Shown one piece after another: positions 42,378 through 52,214 of a stretch of 64,000 nt of DNA. Location of the stretch: NCBI GenBank assembly GCA_934140155.1, contig CAKPBC010000001.1:589009-653008 (forward strand). Reading direction: 5' to 3'. Under the pieces are notes generated by a model. It was given only the letters and a program-made list of their open reading frames with translations. It was not told the origin of the DNA and made no database searches. Position 1 is the stretch's first letter, and each line of letters begins with the position of its first letter. The DNA is from an uncultured Bacilli bacterium. GTDB lineage: Bacteria > Bacillota_I > Bacilli_A > RFN20 > CAG-826. Made by a program: the position numbers and the translations under genes.

Positions 42378-44647
42378 TGAAAAAAGTATCAAAAGCCTTA
42401 GTGGCGGTCTTTGTATCATTCTTATCTCTAGGATTAATATCTTGTAATAAATCTAATAATCAAAAAGTTACAAGATTGCAAGTATTAGAAAATCCAACAA
42501 AATTAGAATATTATACTGGTGAATTATTTGATCCAACTGGCTTAGTATTAGGTGTTAAATATGAAAACGGAAGCACCGCTAAAGTGACAAGTGGATATAC
42601 ATATTCTCCTGATGATGAATTAACAGAAGATGATGAAGAAATTGTTATTCGCTATATGAATAAATCAGTGGTATTGGATATTGATATTAATGTAAAAATA
42701 CCAACAAGCTTAGAAATATCAAAAATGCCAGATAAATTAAATTATGTTGTTGGTGAAAAATTTGATTCAAAAGGATTAGAATTAAAGGCAACGTTTGAAG
42801 ATGGTGAAGAAAAAACGATTACAAAAGGATTTAGATGTTCGCCTAGTTCATCATTACGTGAATCACATAAACAAATCAAAGTAACTTATAATCGTAAATT
42901 TGTTTATGTTCCGATTTCTGTAACAAAAGTTTATTCTTCAATAGAAATCGCGCAAAATCCAACTAAAACATCATATTTAGAGCATGAGTATTTTGATCCA
43001 ACGGGTGTTGTGTTAAAAGGTAATTTTGTTGATGGCACCTCGGAAATAATTGAAAATTTTGATTATTCACCAAAAGAAAGATTATCATTAGATGATAAAA
43101 CAATTACTTTTACAGCGGGAAATAAAACTTGTACATTACAAATCGAAGTTAACAAAGGTGAAACACATAATATGTCAAAACATGTTGAACGTGTTGAGCC
43201 GACATGCGAGTCAGATGGTAATGTCGAATATTATTATTGTTCAATTTGTAATAAGTATTTTGCTGATGAGTTTGGTTTAGAAGAATTAAAAGATATTACT
43301 TTGCCAAAACATCACATATTTGCTTATGAAGATATAAAAGAAAGCGTTCCTGGTGTGCAAACCGCTAATAAGGTATGCACTCGTTGTGATTATAGTGAAG
43401 AAGTTAGTCCAAGTTATTATTATGACTTTGTAAGTAAAGACTTAATTGGTACAAATAACAATCCACCACAAAATCGTTACAAAAATATTATGAGCGGCAA
43501 AGCTGGTAGTGTAAATGTAACTAAATTAGGCGCTAATTCAGCAGGCGGAGAATATGTTAATTACAACTATGGTGGTGCTGGAGTTATTAATTCTTTTGAA
43601 GTAAAAGAAGATACAACGGCTAAACTTGTTATAAAAGCGGCAACAGGATATATTACGCAATTAGGTTCAGGACAAAATTGGATTACTGGTAATATGCAAT
43701 TCAATAAAGTATTTGATGTATTTATTAATGATGAAAACATTAATATTGATGATACTCAAGTATTATTGGGAAAAGAAAGCAAAGAGTACTATCTTGCTAT
43801 GGGTAATTGGACTTATATTTTGTTAGATAATATTAAACTCCAAAAAGGTGTTAATGATATAAGAATTATGTCTAAATGTCCTTATGTTGAAAATACTACA
43901 ACACCTTTATATCATGATGCTGGCGTGAATGGAACACAATCTACACCAATTCTTGATACAATCAGTTTATATGATGCTGATAATGTAAGTGAACATGTTC
44001 ATGTTATTGATGAAACAAAAGATTCAATGTATGCGATGATTGGTATATGTTCATGTGGAGAAGAAATTACTAAATCAGTTACCACTTATAATGTTAGTAA
44101 AAAAGATTTACATGGCAATTTAAGTGATTATCCTAATGATTATACTGGTGGCGCTAAAAATGTAGAAAAATTAGCAAAAGTTTCTACAGACGGAAACTAT
44201 GTAACAGGATTTAAAAATGAATCTGATTATGTGGAAGTAAAAGTAAATTCTAGTGCTACTAGCAATGGACTTATTGCTTTAAAAGTAGCAACAGGTTGTT
44301 CGAAAACTGATTCATCATATACACAATTTATTACTGATGATATGATTTTTAATAAAACTGCAAAAGTATTTATTAATGGTAATGAAATTGAAATTAATGA
44401 TAATCAAGTTATGATTGCACCAAGTGGATATGGAGATTACGGTTACGCAATGGGAAACTGGGTATATGTTAAATTACGTAATGTTCAACTTAATGAAGGA
44501 GAGAATATTATTCGTATTCAAGGCTTAGCGTTACCTCATGATGGAAGAAATTATTATTATGAGAATGATTATGCTGGAGCAAAATCACAATCAACATTTC
44601 AATTAGATACTATTAATTTTGATTTTGAATCTACATTATCATTTTAA
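42377..44647 (+). CDS. surface lipoprotein: three Big_3-type Ig-like repeats, Cys-rich linkers, two CBM6/35-like modules
   Basis: Lipobox LGLIS-C. Three repeats of P.K..Y..GE.FD..G(L/V).L....(E/V)DG. CBM-like modules at about 43511-43975 and 44159-44623, paralogous to those of the 37125 gene. Start overlaps the GH3 stop by 1 nt. Confidence 0.7.
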   Translation: MKKVSKALVAVFVSFLSLGLISCNKSNNQKVTRLQVLENPTKLEYYTGELFDPTGLVLGVKYENGSTAKVTSGYTYSPDDELTEDDEEIVIRYMNKSVVLDIDINVKIPTSLEISKMPDKLNYVVGEKFDSKGLELKATFEDGEEKTITKGFRCSPSSSLRESHKQIKVTYNRKFVYVPISVTKVYSSIEIAQNPTKTSYLEHEYFDPTGVVLKGNFVDGTSEIIENFDYSPKERLSLDDKTITFTAGNKTCTLQIEVNKGETHNMSKHVERVEPTCESDGNVEYYYCSICNKYFADEFGLEELKDITLPKHHIFAYEDIKESVPGVQTANKVCTRCDYSEEVSPSYYYDFVSKDLIGTNNNPPQNRYKNIMSGKAGSVNVTKLGANSAGGEYVNYNYGGAGVINSFEVKEDTTAKLVIKAATGYITQLGSGQNWITGNMQFNKVFDVFINDENINIDDTQVLLGKESKEYYLAMGNWTYILLDNIKLQKGVNDIRIMSKCPYVENTTTPLYHDAGVNGTQSTPILDTISLYDADNVSEHVHVIDETKDSMYAMIGICSCGEEITKSVTTYNVSKKDLHGNLSDYPNDYTGGAKNVEKLAKVSTDGNYVTGFKNESDYVEVKVNSSATSNGLIALKVATGCSKTDSSYTQFITDDMIFNKTAKVFINGNEIEINDNQVMIAPSGYGDYGYAMGNWVYVKLRNVQLNEGENIIRIQGLALPHDGRNYYYENDYAGAKSQSTFQLDTINFDFESTLSF

Positions 44648-44655
44648 AATTTTAG

Positions 44656-44690
44656 AACATAGGCTTATTAAATTAGGTCTATGTTTTTCT
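44656..44690 (+). terminator. rho-independent terminator ending the surface-protein operon
   Basis: AACATAGGC / GGTCTATGTT 9-bp stem (one G-U), then a T-run. Confidence 0.6.
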
Positions 44691-44754
44691 TTACTTTATT
44701 TGTGTACAAATAACAATATATTGTTATATAATTATTTCGAAATTAGGTGATAAT

Positions 44755-44937
44755 ATGCAAAGTTTACCAAGTAATGCTTATGTTTTATTGAGTGTAATTA
44801 ATACTAAACTAAGAGATTTTTATAGTTCATTAGATGCCTTATGCGATGATTTAGGTGAAGACAAAGAAGAAATTAATAGTCTTTTAGGCACAATTAATTA
44901 TCATTATGATGAAAAACTAAATCAATTTAAAAACTAA
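44755..44937 (+). CDS. DUF4250-like small protein
   Basis: 60 aa. LPSNAYVLLSVINTKLRDFYSSLDALCDDLG matches my memory of the DUF4250 family. AGGTGA RBS. Confidence 0.55.
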   Translation: MQSLPSNAYVLLSVINTKLRDFYSSLDALCDDLGEDKEEINSLLGTINYHYDEKLNQFKN

Positions 44938-45050
44938 AAAACTAAAGTTTTGTTTAAAATTATTGCTATATTAACTATTAATAAGTTAATATATAAGCGA
45001 GTATTGCATAATTATTTATGTGCTTGCATACTTATTAAGGGGAGAAATGC

Positions 45051-47114
45051 ATGAAGTATTTTTTAAAGAAAAATCTTATTGGGATAATAGCAATGTTAGT
45101 GTGTATTATTATTCCTATTGCCTATTTTTTATTTGTTTCTAATAGTTACGGAATATCACCAAGTGATTGTAAAACAACACAAAATGATGTTGAAGTATGG
45201 ATTAGTGAAGATGGTTCTATGAAAATCACTGAAAAAATGCAACTTACTACTAGGTGGTATGAAATAAATAAAGATATTGTTTATTCTGCAGATGATGATA
45301 ATAAAATTGCTGATAATGTAAGTGAAAATGGAACCAAGCAACAACAAAAGCCATCATTTGATGAAGATGTCGTAAGCGTTAGAGTGTTAGATCATAATGG
45401 CAAAGAAGTTATGAGCACGGGTAATAACAACTATGGCGATGATTATAGACGCGGTGATTTAATTTCTTATTCATTTAAAGATGGTAAGACGCATACTTGG
45501 GAAGATGATCCTTCGCATATTGTAGCAAGTGATTATGATAATGCAGAAAGAATATACATATATCGCGCAAGTGGTTTAGGACCTAATTGCACTATTGAAT
45601 ATACATATGGTTATAAAGGCGCAGTAATGTATTATAGTGATATTGCTGAAATTAATGCTAAATTTGTTTCTAGTAATGAAATGTCCACTAAAAATGTCAC
45701 TTGTACAATTCATTTGCCTTCAACTTTAAAAAAAGATTTAAAGAGTGAAGATGTTTATGTTTATGGACATGGTACAGATGGTAAGGTTACATATCCTCGT
45801 GTTGTTAATCAAGAAACTGGCGAAACAGATCCATATACAGTAATATTAACTAGTGAAGAGTTAAAAAAGAATGAAGAAATTGAAGCTAGAATCATGATGC
45901 CTAATACAATGTTTGATAAGTCTTTGTTTACTAATGAATATTGTAATGTTTCTAAGGTAGCGCATTTAGAAAATGCTATTAAATATGAAGAAGTAACAAT
46001 TCCTAATGAAACAAGAATGGCAAATATTGTTAATGTTGTGTCAATTATCATATTTGTATCATCAATAGGCTTTGCTATTTTTACATTTATTCATTTATAT
46101 AATAAATATGATAAAGAGTATACTCCAGAGTTCTTTAATGAATATTATCGTGAATTACCAAATGATTATGGCCCAGCAGTTATGGGATATTTGTATCGCT
46201 TTAAAGATCCAGACAAAAATGATGTCACAGCCACATTGCTAGACTTAATTAGAAGAAAATATATTATTCTTGATAATAATGGTGCATCTTTACTAGATGA
46301 TAAACCAAATTATAAAATGACATTAAATAGTGAAATGTCGACTTCAGATTTAATGCCACACGAACAAGAATTAATTAATTGGTTCTTCAATATTGTTGGT
46401 AATGGTCAAGAATTGAGTTTAGATGAGTTGGATAACTTCAACAAAAAAGAAAAGAACGCAATTGAATATCAAAATTGTAACAAGAGATTTAACGAATCCA
46501 TTAAAAGAAGTGCAGAAAGTTATGATTTCTTTGAAGCAAATGTTGCAACTAAGAAAACAGGCTTATTTAATATTGTAATGGTAGTAGTTATTTTAATTCA
46601 ATTTTTCATTAATGCGACATTTACTTTAGTTATTCCAGGCTTTAGTATTTGGTTTACGATTGGCTTTATAATATTTATCAATGTGTATGCTAGAAGTATT
46701 ATTAGACGTAGTAAAAAAGCAAATGAAGAATTTACTAAGTGGAAGGCATTTAAAAAGTTCTTAGAAGAATTCTCTAATATGAAAGATTATCCAATGCCAG
46801 GTATTATCGTTTGGGAACATTATATGGTTTATGCAACAGAATTTGGCATTGCTGATAAAGTAGAAAAACAAGTAAGATTTAAGTATTCTTCGCTTGGAAT
46901 GGAAAATGAATTAACTAGTAGTAATGCCACATTCTTCTTCTATCCAAGTTTCTACAACTATTATTCTTATCGTATGGCAAATTCATTTACGGTTGCTAGT
47001 ACAACTATTGCTAAAGCACAAGCTGCTCGAGCTGGAGGCTCTGGCGGTGGTCGCGGCGGATTTGGTGGAGGATCATCTCATGGTATGGGTGGTACTCATA
47101 TGAGTGGCCGTTAA
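45051..47114 (+). CDS. DUF2207-family membrane protein with Gly-rich C-terminus
   Basis: N-terminal TM, large extracytoplasmic domain, three central/C-terminal TM spans, terminal GGSGGGRGGFGGGSSHGMGG tail. This architecture is typical of DUF2207 and usually linked to LemA. Confidence 0.75.
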   Translation: MKYFLKKNLIGIIAMLVCIIIPIAYFLFVSNSYGISPSDCKTTQNDVEVWISEDGSMKITEKMQLTTRWYEINKDIVYSADDDNKIADNVSENGTKQQQKPSFDEDVVSVRVLDHNGKEVMSTGNNNYGDDYRRGDLISYSFKDGKTHTWEDDPSHIVASDYDNAERIYIYRASGLGPNCTIEYTYGYKGAVMYYSDIAEINAKFVSSNEMSTKNVTCTIHLPSTLKKDLKSEDVYVYGHGTDGKVTYPRVVNQETGETDPYTVILTSEELKKNEEIEARIMMPNTMFDKSLFTNEYCNVSKVAHLENAIKYEEVTIPNETRMANIVNVVSIIIFVSSIGFAIFTFIHLYNKYDKEYTPEFFNEYYRELPNDYGPAVMGYLYRFKDPDKNDVTATLLDLIRRKYIILDNNGASLLDDKPNYKMTLNSEMSTSDLMPHEQELINWFFNIVGNGQELSLDELDNFNKKEKNAIEYQNCNKRFNESIKRSAESYDFFEANVATKKTGLFNIVMVVVILIQFFINATFTLVIPGFSIWFTIGFIIFINVYARSIIRRSKKANEEFTKWKAFKKFLEEFSNMKDYPMPGIIVWEHYMVYATEFGIADKVEKQVRFKYSSLGMENELTSSNATFFFYPSFYNYYSYRMANSFTVASTTIAKAQAARAGGSGGGRGGFGGGSSHGMGGTHMSGR

Positions 47115-47122
47115 ACGATTTA

Positions 47123-47151
47123 TTGACATATTAAAAGAATAAAATTATAAT
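47123..47151 (+). promoter_or_regulatory. consensus sigma-A promoter
   Basis: TTGACA (47123-47128), exactly 17 nt, TATAAT (47146-47151), upstream of the 47172 lipoprotein gene. Confidence 0.65.
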
Positions 47152-47171
47152 TTTATTAGGAGGAAAAAATT

Positions 47172-48353
47172 ATGAAAAAGACGAAGATTTTATTGCCTAT
47201 TATGTTATTTGCATTATGCTCTTGCGGAGAGACAACTGATAGCAAAGGTAAAGCTATGGAGTATAGTGAAGGTGTCAAATTATTACAAAATTGTGTTAGT
47301 AATGTTGATACATATGATGCGATAGGATTTAATGCAAATCTTGAAAAATATGATTTACATGTATTTACCGATTCATATCAAGCTAATGTTGATACTCATG
47401 AAAAGTCTGGTGAATCTACTATTACTGATGTTGTTCAAGCAAGTGTAAGCGGTGAATTTGATGTTGCTGTTAGTGGTTTAACAAGTGCTACAGCGTTTAA
47501 TGAACTTAAGGCTTCTGTTAAAGCAAATTTAAATGCTGATGTTAAATCGGAAGGTCAAAGTGTGTTTGGAGACAATAAAGAACCTGTTGCCCTTTCTGCT
47601 CAATTCGTGTTAGATGAAGGTAATGGTTATGTTGATGTTAATAAACAATTAAAAGACCTTATTAGCACTAACGCGGGAGTTGAAATTCCTGAAAAGTTCT
47701 ATGCACCTGTTGTTTTTGATGAATCGAATATTACTTTCCCTTTATTCAATAATGACTTGATTGAAAATGGCATTGAAACTACTAAAGCACAAATTGAAGC
47801 ACTTATTAAAAAAAATGCCGAGGGTTTAACTGATGAACAAGTTAGTAAATTAATCGAAACTGTTAAAAATACACTTTCATCATTTGTTTCATTTAAAGTA
47901 TATCAAGGTGGTAAATATGAAGTGTCAGTTGAATTAAATAAAACTAATTTAACTCTTGCTGTAAATACTATTGCAACTAGTATTGCTAAAGCTGCTATGG
48001 GTGATAACGCATCTAATTTAACAGATGATCAATTAGCAGATATGGTTAAAGGTATGACTGAATCAATTACATCTAATTTTGATGGTATTGATCATATTAA
48101 ATTATCTGCAATGTTTTCTGAAAAGGCATTCCTAAGTGCCAAGGCTGATGTAGATGTCAAAGTTAAAACATTATCACAACAATCTACCTCTCCAGATGAA
48201 AATAATTTAATTAGTGTAATTGACACATATCTTGATATGAAATTAAAATCAAGCACTACATTATCATTTGGTGAAGATGTTAAAGTACTTACTATCGTTA
48301 ACAAAGAAGAATATACTTTAGTTAATTTAGGTGATAGTGGAGATAACAAATAA
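47172..48353 (+). CDS. lipoprotein, function unknown
   Basis: Signal peptide MKKTKILLPIMLFALCSCGE with lipobox-like LCS-C. AGGAGG RBS. No domain recognised. Confidence 0.65.
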   Translation: MKKTKILLPIMLFALCSCGETTDSKGKAMEYSEGVKLLQNCVSNVDTYDAIGFNANLEKYDLHVFTDSYQANVDTHEKSGESTITDVVQASVSGEFDVAVSGLTSATAFNELKASVKANLNADVKSEGQSVFGDNKEPVALSAQFVLDEGNGYVDVNKQLKDLISTNAGVEIPEKFYAPVVFDESNITFPLFNNDLIENGIETTKAQIEALIKKNAEGLTDEQVSKLIETVKNTLSSFVSFKVYQGGKYEVSVELNKTNLTLAVNTIATSIAKAAMGDNASNLTDDQLADMVKGMTESITSNFDGIDHIKLSAMFSEKAFLSAKADVDVKVKTLSQQSTSPDENNLISVIDTYLDMKLKSSTTLSFGEDVKVLTIVNKEEYTLVNLGDSGDNK

Positions 48354-48372
48354 AGGAAAGGAGATTGGAAAA

Positions 48373-48960
48373 ATGTTATTAATAATAAGCATTGGTGCAA
48401 TTGTTGGTATTGCTATTGCTGTCCTTATCGTAATCATTATTATTGCTATTGTTGCTTGGGCTATTAAAATGTATAACAAATTAGTAGATGGACGTAACAA
48501 AGTAAAAAATTCTTGGTCACAAGTAGATGTTCAATTAAAAAGAAGATTTGATTTAATTCCTAATTTAGTTGAAACTGTCAAAGGATATGCAAATCACGAA
48601 TCTGAAATTTTCACAAAATTTGCTGAAGCTAGAAAATTATATAATGATGCTTCTAGCGAAGGATCTGTTCAAAAAGCAGCAGAAGCTTCTAATCAATTAA
48701 ATAAATTAGTAACATTCACTATTGAAAAATATCCAGAATTAAAAGCTGATGCTCATTTTAGTGAATTACTATCGACATTAAAAGATACAGAAGACAAGAT
48801 TGCTTATACACGTCAATTCTATAATGATGTAGTCCTAAGTTATAACAATTTACGTGAAAAATTCCCAGGAAATATCATTGCTAATTCATTTAGTTTTAAA
48901 GAAGCAGAATTATTTAAAGTTGATGAAGCAAGCCGTGAAGCACCATCTGTAAAATTCTAA
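48373..48960 (+). CDS. lemA: LemA family protein
   Basis: N-terminal TM followed by YNKLV..RN.V.NSWSQVDVQLKRRFDLIPNLVETVKGYA.HE, the LemA signature. ATG at 48373 after AAGGAG. Confidence 0.88.
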   Translation: MLLIISIGAIVGIAIAVLIVIIIIAIVAWAIKMYNKLVDGRNKVKNSWSQVDVQLKRRFDLIPNLVETVKGYANHESEIFTKFAEARKLYNDASSEGSVQKAAEASNQLNKLVTFTIEKYPELKADAHFSELLSTLKDTEDKIAYTRQFYNDVVLSYNNLREKFPGNIIANSFSFKEAELFKVDEASREAPSVKF

Positions 48961-48970
48961 TTTACTATAT

Positions 48971-48995
48971 AGACCACTTCGGTGGTCTTTTTTTC
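48971..48995 (+). terminator. rho-independent terminator after lemA
   Basis: AGACCAC-TTCG-GTGGTCT stem-loop followed by T7. Confidence 0.75.
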
Positions 48996-49034
48996 ATGCT
49001 TAAAAAGTGCTATTATATTATGCAGGTGATGATT

Positions 49035-50324
49035 ATGGCTAATAAAATTTTTAAAAATGAAAAATCAATATTTGGTAAATTAGAAAATCTTTTTTGGACT
49101 TTATACAAAAAAGAATCATTTCGCTTTTTAATTGCTGGCGGACTTAATACACTTATGGGCATGGTTAGCGCAATTTTGCTCCGATTAGTTTTTGATGCTT
49201 GCGGTTGGAATTCCAAAATTTCTTTTGATTTTTTAACATCTTTAGGACTTGTAGATCCTAATATGGATATTCCTTATTTAATTGTGTTTGTTTGTTTATT
49301 ACCAGTTGCCTATACTTTACAAGCCAAAATATCATTTCAAACCAAGTGGGAGTGGCGCCGCTTAGCGGTTTATCCTTTAAGTTCTATTCCTAATTTCATT
49401 TGCCAAGAGTTATTTATCTGGTTATTTGAAGTAGTGCTTCACGTTAATTCTAGTGTTTCTTATGTTTTGTCTCCTATATGTTCATTACCTATTATGTTTT
49501 TTATCATAAGATTCTTAGTAAAGCCATTTAAAAAGAAAGCAAATTTATCAAAAGTAACAACAATATTTTGTGATATTGATGGAACATTAATTGATAGTAA
49601 TTCTAAACTAAATAAAGACACTATAAGCGCAGTTAAGCGTATTAAGGATAAATACTCGTTCTATCTTATCAGTGGTCGTCATTTTGCTTGTATGTGCGAA
49701 ATATATGATAATTTAGAACTTAACACACCAATAATATGTTGTAATGGCGCTTTAATTGCAACTAGAAACAAAGAAATTATTAATATTCAAGCAATGCCCA
49801 CTTATATTGCAAAAGAAATTTTTAATCAATATAAAGATCAAAATTTATCTTTAAGTATTTTTGCAGGATTTGAATGGTATGTAAATAATCGCGATGAATT
49901 AACACTTATTGAAGAAGGACTTGTAAACTTTAAATCAACGATTATTAAAGATGATTCTTTAATTGATAATGTTATTAAAGTAATGCTTATTTCTTCAAAA
50001 GAAAATATTGATAAGTTATATCCAATACTTAAAAACAAATATAAAGAAGTATTAGTAATGCGTAGTAAACCGACATTTATTGAAATATCCGCTAAAAAGG
50101 TGACTAAAGGTAACGCTATTAAATTTCTTAAAAAGCAATACAATTTAAAATCAAAAAATCTTATTGCGTTTGGTGATGGCATTATGGATGAAAGTATGTA
50201 TAAAGAATGCTCAAATAATGTTGCTATGGGTAATGCAAGAGAAGAAACTAAAAAGAAAGCAAATATTATTGCTAAAACTAATGACGAACTAGGTGTAAAA
50301 GTTATCTTAGATCAACTAAAATAA
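49035..50324 (+). CDS. fusion protein: GtrA-like 4-TM domain + Cof-type HAD-IIB phosphatase
   Basis: N-terminal FRFLIAGGLNTLMGMVSAILL (GtrA-like) with about 4 TM. C-terminal half has FCDIDGTLID (HAD motif I), LISGR (motif II), GDGIMDESM...AMGNA (motif III/IV, Cof-type). Start at 49035 or 49029. Confidence 0.7.
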   Translation: MANKIFKNEKSIFGKLENLFWTLYKKESFRFLIAGGLNTLMGMVSAILLRLVFDACGWNSKISFDFLTSLGLVDPNMDIPYLIVFVCLLPVAYTLQAKISFQTKWEWRRLAVYPLSSIPNFICQELFIWLFEVVLHVNSSVSYVLSPICSLPIMFFIIRFLVKPFKKKANLSKVTTIFCDIDGTLIDSNSKLNKDTISAVKRIKDKYSFYLISGRHFACMCEIYDNLELNTPIICCNGALIATRNKEIINIQAMPTYIAKEIFNQYKDQNLSLSIFAGFEWYVNNRDELTLIEEGLVNFKSTIIKDDSLIDNVIKVMLISSKENIDKLYPILKNKYKEVLVMRSKPTFIEISAKKVTKGNAIKFLKKQYNLKSKNLIAFGDGIMDESMYKECSNNVAMGNAREETKKKANIIAKTNDELGVKVILDQLK

Positions 50325-50374
50325 ACGCTAAATGACAATTATTATACTATATAATAATAGGGAGCTATTGTTAT

Positions 50375-51005
50375 ATGTATAAAGAATCTTTATCCGTTGA
50401 ACTTAAAAGAGAATTAATTGATGAAATTAAAAATGAGATTGTAGCCTTTTTAAATGCTTTTTGCCTTTGCAATTATTTTATTAAATCAAATATAAAAATA
50501 GAATTTTATAAATGTAAAGTTAAAATAACAACTCTAGGTGGGCTATATAGGACATCCTTAAATGAGTTCAAACTTATCATAATGTAGGATTAGTACATTT
50601 ACTTGATAAACTATAGTTTATTGAAAACTTTGGAATAGGCATACTCAAAACATTAGATGCTTAAATAAGAAACTAGAATTTGTTGATAGTGAAAATTATT
50701 TGCTTAATTTAAATTATAGTGACCAAATAAATGACCAAATAAATAATGCGATTAGTGATTTGAGATTGTCAATTTTAAAATTTATTAAAGAAAATCTAGA
50801 AACTAAGGTTTCAAGTATATATAAAGAATTAACGCATTCATTTGATAATTTATCTATTGATAAAATTAGAAACATCATTAAAAGAGAAATTAGAAATTAT
50901 GTCGAATTAAAAGGACTAAGAAGAACAGACGGATATTATATAAAATTGAACAATAGTTGTTTAAATAGTCTTTATTATTTGGTATATTTAATTGTAAAAA
51001 CATAA
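50375..51005 (+). pseudogene. decayed relic of a third AlbA_2/HATPase_c_4/wHTH regulator gene
   Basis: ORF-track pieces 50375-50587 (ESLSVELKRELIDEIKNEIVAFLNA = AlbA_2 start; VKITTLGGLYRTSLNEF) and 50700-51005 (SDQINDQIN linker repeat + HTH-like tail) are separated by stop codons. IENFGIGILKTLDA is readable in between. Confidence 0.55.
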
Positions 51006-51038
51006 TATTAGCGAAAGGGAAGAATAAGGAGCAAATAT

Positions 51039-52214
51039 ATGAATATTGGCATATTTACAGATACATTTCCTCCAGAGATAAATGGAGTAGCAACATCTTC
51101 TTATAATCTTGCTAATGCCCTAAATAGTCATGGGCATAATGTTTTTGTTATTTGCACAAATCCTTATTCTAAAAAATTAAGTTATAGTAATAGAACATTA
51201 CGTATACCAGGATTAGAATTAAAAAAATTATATTCTTATCGTATTGCTAATATTTACAATTCTAAAGCCATGAAAATAATAAACGATATGAATTTAGATT
51301 TGGTTCATGTTCAGACAGAAGCAAGTATAGGCTTATTAGGCCGTATAGCGGCTAAAAAAAGCAAAATACCATTAGTGTATACTTATCATACAATGTATGA
51401 AGATTATACTTATTATGTTACTAAAGGTAATGGCTTTTTTGACCATTTTGCTAAAAAAATCGTACGTTATCTTTCTCGTAATCTAGCGGAAAACACCACA
51501 GAATTCATATCACCAAGTATAAAAACAAAAGATATAATGCGTGATTATGGTGTTGATTCTTACATAAATATAGTTCCAACAGGAATTGATTTTTCAAAAT
51601 ATAAAAAAGAAAATATTGATAATGAAAAATTAAATGATTTACGTAAACAATATAATTTAGATGATAATTATGTGATTTTATCACTTGGTCGAGTGGCTAA
51701 AGAAAAATCCATTGATATATGTATTAAAGGCTTTAAGCAACTTATTGATGAAAAAAACATCAAAGTAAAATTTCTGATTGTTGGTGATGGGCCTGAATTA
51801 AATGAACTTAAAGAATTGGTACATGATATAGAATTAGATAAATATGTGATATTTGTAGGTTCCGTAATGGCTAACGAAGTTCCATTATATTATCGTCTTG
51901 CTAATTTGTTTGTCTCGGCTTCAATAACAGAAACACAAGGGTTAACATTTATGGAGGCGATGGCTTCAAGTATTCCAATACTTGCACGATTTGATGAAAA
52001 TTTGGTTGATGTAGTTACTGATAATGAAACTGGCTTTTATTTCAGTGATGAACTTGATTTTGCTAAACAAATAAAGAAAATAATGAAACTAGATAATAAA
52101 CAAAAAGAAAAGATTTTAATTAATGCGATGAATATTTGTAATCAATATTCGTTAGATAAGTTTTACGATAATATTATGGAGGTATATACTCGTGCCATTA
52201 GAAAATACTGGTAA
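51039..52214 (+). CDS. GT4 glycosyltransferase, alMGS-like 1,2-diacylglycerol 3-alpha-glucosyltransferase candidate
   Basis: MNIGIFTDTFPPEINGVATS N-terminus closely resembles the Acholeplasma laidlawii alMGS/Firmicute glucosyl-DAG synthase starts. C-terminal E-x7-E-type region TETQGLTFMEAMAS. Confidence 0.75.
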   Translation: MNIGIFTDTFPPEINGVATSSYNLANALNSHGHNVFVICTNPYSKKLSYSNRTLRIPGLELKKLYSYRIANIYNSKAMKIINDMNLDLVHVQTEASIGLLGRIAAKKSKIPLVYTYHTMYEDYTYYVTKGNGFFDHFAKKIVRYLSRNLAENTTEFISPSIKTKDIMRDYGVDSYINIVPTGIDFSKYKKENIDNEKLNDLRKQYNLDDNYVILSLGRVAKEKSIDICIKGFKQLIDEKNIKVKFLIVGDGPELNELKELVHDIELDKYVIFVGSVMANEVPLYYRLANLFVSASITETQGLTFMEAMASSIPILARFDENLVDVVTDNETGFYFSDELDFAKQIKKIMKLDNKQKEKILINAMNICNQYSLDKFYDNIMEVYTRAIRKYW

